Shown in pieces: positions 1 through 7,297 of a stretch of DNA of 64,000 nt. Both the position numbers and the translations under genes were made by a program. Within the stretch, counting starts at the first letter, position 1; each line of letters opens with the position of its first letter. The notes beneath the pieces were generated by a model. The model saw only the letters and a list, made by a program, of their open reading frames with translations. It was not told where the DNA came from and ran no database searches. The DNA lies in assembly GCA_030038275.1 (NCBI GenBank), contig JASHPG010000221.1, positions 3,451 through 67,450 of the forward strand. Direction: 5' to 3'. Source of the DNA: Candidatus Acidiferrales bacterium (GTDB lineage Bacteria; Acidobacteriota; Terriglobia; Acidiferrales; UBA7541).

Positions 1-284
1 TCGGCCGGCACGTTTAGGCGCAAGCCTCCGCGCTTGCGAGTGGAGTCGAGCCAGGCGATCTGGCCGGAGAGATCGACATCGGCAAATCCCGGCACTGAAA
101 GCCGGAATGTCAAAGATTCGTTGGGATGAAGCGGGTCGGCAGCTTGGAAGCCGAATCCTTCGGCGGACGCATCGAGAGCGATAGCGCCGTTTCCCGTTTG
201 AAAATGCAAATATATGATTTCGTTACCCGCGACTTTGGTGCGGGCAGATTTTCGCCGCGTTTCAGTACTCACGGTGTTTAGCAA
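1..284 (-). CDS. PilZ domain protein, N-terminal ~90 aa only (C-terminus lies beyond the window start)
   Basis: My own translation of the minus strand gives an open frame to position 1: (L/V)..VSTETRRKSARTKVAGNEIIYLHFQTGNGAIALDASAEGFGFQ... It carries both PilZ c-di-GMP motifs, RxxxR (RKSAR) and DxSxxG (DASAEG). Start is TTG at 284 (GGGAGG 6 nt upstream) or GTG at 272. Not in the ORF track because it runs off the edge. Confidence 0.6.
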   Translation of the reverse strand, partial: MLNTVSTETRRKSARTKVAGNEIIYLHFQTGNGAIALDASAEGFGFQAADPLHPNESLTFRLSVPGFADVDLSGQIAWLDSTRKRGGLRLNVPA

Positions 285-732
285 GCCCAGCCTCCCGCGC
301 GGAGCGTCTTAGATTCCGGCGTTGCCATCGAGCCGTTAACTCCACGCAATCAATGCAGGACCCATGCCAGGCTGGGGAATGCTCACTTTCAGGGTAGTCC
401 AACCCGTATCGCGCTGCAATTAGACGATAACCCAGCCCATGCGCCTTAGATGCCGCGAGGGCTGACGTGTGTCGCTCGCCGCAAATCCGGTTTGGCGAAG
501 TACCTTTGTGAGTTCTGATTTTGCAGCATGACGCGAGGCGCGGATTTTGCCGGCCGGTTACCGATAGTGATTTGGTGTAACGTAGAAAGCCGGCAGCGCG
601 GCGACAAGAGAGCAAGCAGCCACTACCGTCGAGACAGCGGCACGCAGCAATCATGCCGCGAGTAGTTCGATCTAGCCCGGGCGGCGGAGCGCAACGAATT
701 CGCGCGCACGCTGAGTTTCTCCACATAGGACT

Positions 733-2322
733 TTGATGGCGTCTTCGATTCCCATGGATTCGCCGGCGTTGGGCTCCAGCGCCGAGCGCTGGCTGGTGGC
801 CGCCGCGGTGATGGCCAGCGCGATGATGGAGCTGATCGACACGGCGGCGGTGAATGTCAGCTTGCCGTACATCGGCGGAAGCCTGGCGGCCACCGCGCGA
901 GAAGCGACATGGGTGCTCACTTCGTACCTGATATCGAACGCGGTGGTGCTGCCGCTCGCAGGATGGCTGGCGAATTATTTTGGGCGCAAGCGCCTGCTGA
1001 TGGGAGCTGTGACGGGGTTCACCATTGCGAGCGTGCTGTGCGGACTCGCGCCGACGCTGCCGCTGCTGATCATGTTTCGCGTGATCCAAGGCGCGGCGGG
1101 AGGCTCGCTGCAACCGGCGACGCGGGCGATCCTGCTGGAAACCTTCCCGCGGGAAGAGCGCGGGCACGCCATGGCGATTTTCGGCGTGGGCATCGTGGTG
1201 GCGCCGATTCTGGCGCCAGTGCTGGGCGGATGGTTGACGACGGATTATTCGTGGCGATGGATTTTCTTTATCAACATTCCCGTGTGCATCGTTGGCCTGA
1301 TCATGCTGCAACTTTTCGTCCACGATCCGGCGTACATCCGGCGCGGAACGCTGCGGATGGACTACTGGGGCCTGGGGCTGCTGGCAACAGGCATCGCGGC
1401 GCTGCAGATCATGCTGGACAAGGGCCAGGAGGATGATTGGTTCACCTCGCATTTCATCGTGACGCTGACGGTGATCGCGGTGGTGTGCCTGACGTCGTTC
1501 GTGATCCTGGAGCTGCGCTCGGAGCAGCCGCTGGTGCATTTCCGGCTGCTGAAATACCGGACGTTCGCGACTGGGACGATCATTTCGGCGACCCTGGGAT
1601 TCGTGCTGTACGGAAGCATCGTGCTGATTCCGCTTTTCATGCAAGAGCTGCTGGGATTCCCGGCGATCACCGCGGGTTTCTGGAATTCGCCGCGAGGAAT
1701 TGCCACGCTGATTCTGATGCCGGTAGCGGGACTGCTGATCGACCGCGGGTGGGACATGCGCGGAATGATTTTCGTTGGAATGCTGGTATCGGTGGCCGGC
1801 GTTTTCACGTTTTCCCTGTTGAATTTGAACGCCGGGCCGTGGAATTTCGTCTGGCCGGAAGTGCTGATGGGCGGCGGACTTTCGATCGTGTTTCCGCCGC
1901 TGGCGACCATCAGCGTGGACCCAATTCCGACGCACGAAATGGGATACGCGACGAGCGTTATTTCCTCGCTGCGAAACATTGGGGCAAGCATCGGGATTTC
2001 CATCGTGACCACGGAACTGGCGCGCAACAGGCAGGCCGATCAGAACGTGCTCGCCGCACATGTAACTCCCGGCAGCCCCGTCTTGCAAAACGTGCTGAAC
2101 GGGATGAAGGCATATTTCATGCAGCACGGGTCAGGGCCCATACACGCAACGCAGCAAGCGCTCGCGCTTATCTATAACGAACTGCTGCAGCAGACCGCCG
2201 TGATGAGCTACCTGCACGGATTCCGGCTTTTGGCAATCGTGTTCGCGTTGGTTGCGCCGCTGGCATGGATCATGAAACCAGCAGGGCCGAAGGATCAGCC
2301 TGAAGGCGCAAGCGGGCATTAG
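733..2322 (+). CDS. MFS transporter, DHA2 / EmrB-QacA subfamily (14-TMS drug:H+ antiporter type)
   Basis: 529-aa ORF. The N-terminus LIDTAAVNVSLPYIGGSLAATAREATWVLTSYLISNAVVLPLAGWLANYFGRKRLL and motif LCGLAPTLPLLIMFRVIQGAAGG are typical of EmrB-like exporters. Many hydrophobic segments. Confidence 0.9.
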   Translation: MMASSIPMDSPALGSSAERWLVAAAVMASAMMELIDTAAVNVSLPYIGGSLAATAREATWVLTSYLISNAVVLPLAGWLANYFGRKRLLMGAVTGFTIASVLCGLAPTLPLLIMFRVIQGAAGGSLQPATRAILLETFPREERGHAMAIFGVGIVVAPILAPVLGGWLTTDYSWRWIFFINIPVCIVGLIMLQLFVHDPAYIRRGTLRMDYWGLGLLATGIAALQIMLDKGQEDDWFTSHFIVTLTVIAVVCLTSFVILELRSEQPLVHFRLLKYRTFATGTIISATLGFVLYGSIVLIPLFMQELLGFPAITAGFWNSPRGIATLILMPVAGLLIDRGWDMRGMIFVGMLVSVAGVFTFSLLNLNAGPWNFVWPEVLMGGGLSIVFPPLATISVDPIPTHEMGYATSVISSLRNIGASIGISIVTTELARNRQADQNVLAAHVTPGSPVLQNVLNGMKAYFMQHGSGPIHATQQALALIYNELLQQTAVMSYLHGFRLLAIVFALVAPLAWIMKPAGPKDQPEGASGH

Positions 2323-4874
2323 AGAGCCTCGATGCGGCGCTGCAAGTCGGCGGCGATTTCGCGCGGATCGCGATCGGGCGCGTAGCGGACCGGCTCACCG
2401 ATGGTGACGCGCACCTCGCCGGGCTTCGCATAGCGCCTGTGGCGCTGCTTCGGGCCGTAAGCTCCATCCAGGCGCATCGGAATCACCGGCAGGTTCAGGC
2501 GCGTAGCCAGCAAACCGATGCCGGCACGAAATGGCGCGATCCGGCCATCCTTGGTTGTGGCGCCTTCAGGAAAAATCAGGATATTCCAGCCGCGATCCGC
2601 GAGATCACCGGCAAAAGAAAAGCTGCGCAGGAACGCGGATTCGCGCGGGAGCGGGAATACGTTGAAGAGGGCAACGACGAGAGTGTAGCCGAGGCGCTGA
2701 CCGACCCGAGAAAGCCAGCTAAGGGATTTCGGTGGATGGAGCATGCCGCCGAGGCGTTCACCCCCCATCGCGGTGGCGAGACGATGGCGGAGACGCGGCG
2801 GAAGCGCGGCGAGAATCCAGCCGATGTCGATGTCCGTGACGTGGTTTGAAACAACAATCGCGGGACCAGCAAAGCCGCGGAGATTTTGGCGCCCTTTCAC
2901 GCGAGGAGCCGCAAGCAGGTAAGTGGCGGGCCAAACCAGCAGGTAATAGGCGGCGAGGCGCAATGCCGTGGCGAAGAGATTCTGCGGCCAGCGGGGAAAA
3001 ACGTAATCGGAAGGCGCGGATTGCGGCTCGCGTATGAGTTTCTCAAGCTGCTCGATGCTGGATGCCTGAGTGAAATTCACTTCGTTCAGATCGACCTGGT
3101 AGCGGTCCTCCAACGCGCTCATCAATTCGACGCGATCCAGAGAGCTCATTTGGGCGATAGCGGCGCGAGCGGCATCCGGAGAATTTGAATCCAAAGCGCG
3201 GCCGGTAACGCGGGCGACGAACTCGGCGACAGGGCTCGCCGCTGTTTGCGGTTGAGCCGCGGCAGAACCAGCTCCGAAGCGCGCGACGGCGGCCTCGTGG
3301 ATTCGCGAGAGGACCGGCTTTTGCGTTGGAGTGCGTGGAAAATCGGGACCGGGCCATTCGAACCAGTGTCGAATGCGCTGATATTCCGCTAGCGAGCGAT
3401 TGGCGTTATCGATGATGGCAGCGGCGTCCGAGCCAGAGCCATCGAGCAGCAGAGCGGCGCATGGCTCTTCGTTTCCGTCCCGCGCAAGGCCGATAACAAC
3501 GCAATCGCGCACGCCTTTCTGACGGCGAAGCGCTTCCTCCAAATCGTCTGGAAAGACCTTCATGCCGGCGGGCGTGACGATGACATTTTTCTGGCGGCCC
3601 TTGAAATAGACGTGGCCATCGCCGCCGACTTCGGCGAGGTCGCCAGTATGGAACCAGCCGTCCTCGCCGCCGACGGGCTGGAGTTGGTCGCCCTGACGGT
3701 AAGATTTGGCGATGTTCTCTCCGCGGACCAAAATTTCGCCGCTTTCGGAGATTTTAATTTCCGAGCCGGGAAACGCTTTTCCGATGGAGCCTTTGCCGAG
3801 GCGAAACGGATGATTGAGGGTGATGAGCGAGGCGGTTTCCGTCATGCCATAGCCTTGAATGACCGCGTAGCCGAGCCGATTCCAGAAAGTTTCGACGGCT
3901 GACGGGAGCGTGGCGCCGCCGGAGATGATGGCCCAGAATTTCCATCCGAACTGGCGGCGGATCTTGCGGAAAATCCACCAGCGGCGGAGGAAGTGTTTGC
4001 CTTCGGAAGACTCGAAGCGGCGGCGAAATTTGCCGATTTCGCCCGCGGCTTCGATACCGCGCTCGATTTCACGCTGGAGCGATTCGATTACGCGCGGCAC
4101 GGACACGAGGACGGAGACACGCTCCCGGCGAATCGTGTCGATCAATTCGGAAGGCTTCAGCGTGTCCACGAAAACGACCGTGCCGCCGAGAAGCGGCGGG
4201 ATGAAGACGCCCATCATCTGGCCGAAAACGTGACTGAGCGGCAGGAGATTGAGAAAGCGCAGCGGGTGCACGAAGCGTTCGTAGCGAAGATACTTGCGAA
4301 TTTCGCGTTCGAGGGGCTCGATATTGGCGAGGACGTTGCCATGGGAAATGACGACGCCGCGAGGCTCGGCGGTAGTGCCGGAGGTGAAAATGATTTCGAG
4401 CGTATCGTCGCGCATGAGAACGGGAGAAGCGTACGGCGCCGCGGAATGGCGCGCGATGATTTCCGAAAGAGATTCGAGATCGAGAGATGGGATTTGTGAT
4501 TGAAGGATGTCGACGCCGCGCGAACGGACGATGAGTTTAGCGCTGACGTCGCGGGCGACACGAGCGGCAAAGTCTTCCGTGGAGACTTGGTCGATAGGGA
4601 CGGCAACAGCGCCGTGCAGCACGCAGCCGAAGAACGCGGCGATCCAGGCGGGCGACGGTTCGCCCCAGAGAAGCACGGCGCCGGATTTGGAAATGCCGCG
4701 CGATTCGAGTTCACGAGCAAAACGGCGAGCATCGTGGAGGATTTCGCCGTAGGAGGCGCGCTCCATGCGATAACCACGGCGCTGCGCGGTGAAGATCTCA
4801 TCGCGACGAATATCGAATTCGCGGAGGAATTCGACGAGAGATTGACGAGGAGCGCGGTTTGGTGCGTCTGGCAT
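2319..4874 (-). CDS. Tri-domain fusion: AMP-dependent acyl synthetase, phosphopantetheine carrier domain and PlsC-type lysophospholipid acyltransferase
   Basis: AMP-binding motifs IIFTSGTTAEPRGVVISH, YGMTE and GWFHTGDL. Carrier-like segment MSSLDRVELMSALEDRYQVDL (Ser in an LD-S-L-like context). Acyltransferase HX4D motif VVSNHVTDID and FPEGATT. Start moved to ATG 4874 (MPDAPNR...) because the 128 upstream codons of the 979-aa ORF lie in a non-coding repeat. Confidence 0.85.
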   Translation of the reverse strand: MPDAPNRAPRQSLVEFLREFDIRRDEIFTAQRRGYRMERASYGEILHDARRFARELESRGISKSGAVLLWGEPSPAWIAAFFGCVLHGAVAVPIDQVSTEDFAARVARDVSAKLIVRSRGVDILQSQIPSLDLESLSEIIARHSAAPYASPVLMRDDTLEIIFTSGTTAEPRGVVISHGNVLANIEPLEREIRKYLRYERFVHPLRFLNLLPLSHVFGQMMGVFIPPLLGGTVVFVDTLKPSELIDTIRRERVSVLVSVPRVIESLQREIERGIEAAGEIGKFRRRFESSEGKHFLRRWWIFRKIRRQFGWKFWAIISGGATLPSAVETFWNRLGYAVIQGYGMTETASLITLNHPFRLGKGSIGKAFPGSEIKISESGEILVRGENIAKSYRQGDQLQPVGGEDGWFHTGDLAEVGGDGHVYFKGRQKNVIVTPAGMKVFPDDLEEALRRQKGVRDCVVIGLARDGNEEPCAALLLDGSGSDAAAIIDNANRSLAEYQRIRHWFEWPGPDFPRTPTQKPVLSRIHEAAVARFGAGSAAAQPQTAASPVAEFVARVTGRALDSNSPDAARAAIAQMSSLDRVELMSALEDRYQVDLNEVNFTQASSIEQLEKLIREPQSAPSDYVFPRWPQNLFATALRLAAYYLLVWPATYLLAAPRVKGRQNLRGFAGPAIVVSNHVTDIDIGWILAALPPRLRHRLATAMGGERLGGMLHPPKSLSWLSRVGQRLGYTLVVALFNVFPLPRESAFLRSFSFAGDLADRGWNILIFPEGATTKDGRIAPFRAGIGLLATRLNLPVIPMRLDGAYGPKQRHRRYAKPGEVRVTIGEPVRYAPDRDPREIAADLQRRIEAL

Positions 4875-4924
4875 TCGAGACGTAACGATTGTTTGTCGAT
4901 TCCGGTATCGAAAAGCAAGCGAAA

Positions 4925-5285
4925 GAATTCTGGACGTGGAGTGTCTCGGGTAGAGGCATGCTCGATCTTTTGTTTTCAACAAGTTAGATGTGTTTCTACT
5001 CGATTGGTGTCTCGGGTAGGTTCTGGAGGCTAGAGGCTCGAGGTTGGAAGTTAGAGTGCAAAACCCCGCATCAGAAGATGCACCGGGACGTTCCGCCCTT
5101 TGAAAAGGATGCCTCTTTGTTTTCTGGAACTTACGTGTGTGCAAGGTTGAATGGCTGTTCCGCCCTTGACGGCGGGGCAAAAGCGAAAGAGAAGCGAACG
5201 GTACGGGCATTTCGCGCGTAATGGGCGACGGCGCTATCGATCTTCGCGCGCCATTCATCTCGTCGGCTCCTTTCCTCCGCCTTTG
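4925..5285 (-). repeat. Dispersed intergenic repeat, copy A (inverted relative to copy B at 34418-34905)
   Basis: The reverse complement matches copy B in blocks. 5131-5169 vs 34529-34567 is 38/39. 5051-5097 vs 34601-34647 is 45/47. 4994-5019 vs 34789-34814 is 25/26. 4940-4976 matches about 34832-34868. Contains CTACCCGAGACA twice and a GCATC-TTCT-GATGC hairpin. Indels between copies rule out coding. Confidence 0.75.
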
Positions 5286-5408
5286 CCTTCAGCTACATCG
5301 CGATAGGGTCTCCCCTACGGACACACGTGCCACGTGTTCTGCCCGTCGGCCTTTTGAAATCATCTTGTCCGCCCACGGCAGTTCCGGAGCGAGCAAGAAA
5401 AACGAGAT

Positions 5409-5437
5409 ATGTTAGCACACTGGTAAACTGATTTCAA
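5409..5437 (-). promoter_or_regulatory. Putative sigma70-type promoter reading toward the repeat and the fusion gene
   Basis: Minus strand reads TTGAAA, a 17-nt spacer, then TAACAT, in a locally AT-richer patch. It would give a ~525-nt leader containing repeat copy A before ATG 4874. Sequence pattern only. Confidence 0.3.
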
Positions 5438-5691
5438 TAGGAAAGATTTACACGATGCGCCAACGTTTTGTGTGAAGTCGGCGAGGGGTTTGCACTCCCA
5501 GGGAGCAAGAAATTCAACCGGCAGTCCAGTTCCGGGTCCCCGGAGCCTGGCTTGAGCCGGCGCTCTCGCCGAGCGAGCTTCCACTGACGGAAGGCGCGCT
5601 CGGCCGCCGCTTCAGCACGAGTGAGATGGGGCGCCCGGGCAAGCTCCTGCGATGCAAAAGCGGGAGCAAGGCTCCGAGAGGCTAGGCCAAA

Positions 5692-6477
5692 CTAATCGGC
5701 GCGGGCGGAGTTTGCGCCGCTCGCACCCGAGCTTGGAGCAGGGAAGGCGCGGCGCTTCGTAAAGGGCAAAAGCATCGGCACCTGCCGCCGGTACTGGCGG
5801 TATGTGTCGCCAAAGAACGAAACGAGGTCTCGCTCTTCGAGCTGGATAGCTACGAGCATATAGCCGGTTGTGGCGAGGGCGAAAAGCAGATGGCCTGCCG
5901 TCATGGTAGGCGCGGCCCAAAAGGCGATGAGAAATCCAAGATAGATCGGGTGCCGAACGTGCTGATATAAGGCTGGGTTCCTGAAACCGATCGCCGTGTA
6001 AGGCTTCCCGCCAACGAATAGGCCGACTTGGCGCAATCCAAATAGATCCGCGTGGCTAACCAAGAACGTGGCGAGAAGAACCGTGAGCCAGCCGATGGCG
6101 AACAGCGCTTCGAGAATTATTTTTCCAGTAGAACTCTGCACGCTCCAGACGGTTTCGTTCATGGGGCGCCATTGCCAGTAGAGCAGCAGGAGGCAGAGGC
6201 TGGCGAAAAGAACGTAGGTACTGCGCTCGACAGGCTTGGGAACGAGCTTCGTCCAAACGCGCTTAAAGCCCTGGCGGGCCATAACGCTGTGCTGGACGGC
6301 AAAGAGACTGAGCAAGAGCACGTCGATGATAAGCGCCGGCAGTGAGAAAGCGCCCGCGCCTGAGTCAATGGATTTCGGCACGAGGAAGTTCCCGAGGAAC
6401 CCGATCGCGTAAAGGAACGTGCCGAAGAAAATCACATACACGACAAAGGCGTAAATCACGGCGGCGGCCTTGGCCAT
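5692..6477 (-). CDS. Nurim/ICMT-family integral-membrane methyltransferase, MddA-like (methanethiol S-methyltransferase-like)
   Basis: 261 aa, multi-pass. Motifs [30 protein letters not shown] and [36 protein letters not shown] are as in MddA / isoprenylcysteine carboxyl methyltransferase-like proteins. Confidence 0.7.
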   Translation of the reverse strand: MAKAAAVIYAFVVYVIFFGTFLYAIGFLGNFLVPKSIDSGAGAFSLPALIIDVLLLSLFAVQHSVMARQGFKRVWTKLVPKPVERSTYVLFASLCLLLLYWQWRPMNETVWSVQSSTGKIILEALFAIGWLTVLLATFLVSHADLFGLRQVGLFVGGKPYTAIGFRNPALYQHVRHPIYLGFLIAFWAAPTMTAGHLLFALATTGYMLVAIQLEERDLVSFFGDTYRQYRRQVPMLLPFTKRRAFPAPSSGASGANSARAD

Positions 6478-6716
6478 GGCGATGCCTCCTTGAGTGGACG
6501 TTCGGAACCGTAGAAGGAAACTGCCAATGAATCCGACGCAAAGAAGGAATGCGCCATTCGGTCCGGCGGAGGCGATTGCGCAGCACGCCGAGCCTTAATA
6601 TGGGGGGACGATACTTTCATTGTCCAGAAACGTCAAGACGGAACATCCGCGCGTTCGAAGTGGCAGTAGTACCACCTTTCCCGTTTGGGGGATCGGCACT
6701 CGGAGTGCCGCTAAAA

Positions 6717-7202
6717 TTATTGGATTTGGCCGCGGATTGCACCGGCGGGATGTTGAGCGGTATGGACGTTGACGTAGGCGTCGCCGTTTTTAATGTCTTG
6801 CACCAAGTCGTCGATCGTTTTGCCCTTCAGCGGACCTTGGAGCTGCCCAGCGGTGATGACGCCGGTGGCGAGCTCACCTGTGAATTTTCCGTTTTTCACT
6901 TGAGCCGGCGGATGAGATGGATAGAGCCATACGGCAACCGGACCTTCCTGGCCAGCGGCGCCGATGTGGATGTGAGCCATGGAGACATTCTCCATATCGG
7001 CGACATAGAGGCGAAATCTGAGGGTCTTGCCGGATTTGCTGAGGGTGAAGGTGGCGGCGCCGTGGGCGGACGTGTCGATGGGCGGCGACTGATTTTTGCC
7101 GGAGAGAGAGGCGTGAAAGATTGTGGCACCAGTGGCGGAAACAAGGGGAATGAAGAGGAACAAGAAGGCAACGAGAACGATCGATCGGCGGACCAGTTTC
7201 AT
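6717..7202 (-). CDS. Secreted CHRD domain protein
   Basis: 161 aa. Signal peptide MKLVRRSIVLVAFLFLFIPLVSA. CHRD hallmarks: HASLSGKNQSPP, GAATFTL, MAHIHIGAAGQEGPV, YVNVHTAQHPAGAIRGQI. Confidence 0.85.
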   Translation of the reverse strand: MKLVRRSIVLVAFLFLFIPLVSATGATIFHASLSGKNQSPPIDTSAHGAATFTLSKSGKTLRFRLYVADMENVSMAHIHIGAAGQEGPVAVWLYPSHPPAQVKNGKFTGELATGVITAGQLQGPLKGKTIDDLVQDIKNGDAYVNVHTAQHPAGAIRGQIQ

Positions 7203-7297
7203 CGGAGATTACCTCTATTGGGTTTGACACACGGCTGGGGCGGAAGGATACAGGCGTCAAATCCGCGCTTGACCACCTGGGCAAAGCATGCGTGCCG

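Noticed and set aside
262-2127. 621-aa minus-strand ORF, the longest ORF in this region
   Set aside because: It lies antisense to the well-supported MFS gene. The translation is Arg/His/Gln-rich low complexity with no motifs, a typical GC-rich shadow ORF.
733-4874. lplT-aas-like lysophospholipid recycling pair (MFS plus acyltransferase/synthetase)
   Set aside because: The genes are convergent rather than co-transcribed, and the MFS protein has EmrB/QacA (DHA2) motifs rather than LplT features. The adjacency is probably coincidental.
4875-5258. 128-codon N-terminal extension of the synthetase fusion ORF (2319-5258)
   Set aside because: The extension is the translated dispersed repeat. The same 'peptide' with indels appears at 34500-34870 on the other strand context. 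The AMP-binding domain begins right after ATG 4874.
6670-6716. Terminator hairpin after the CHRD gene (GGCACT-ccg-AGTGCC on the minus strand)
   Set aside because: The stem is only 6 bp, has a 3-nt loop and lacks a following U-tract, so it is too weak to annotate.
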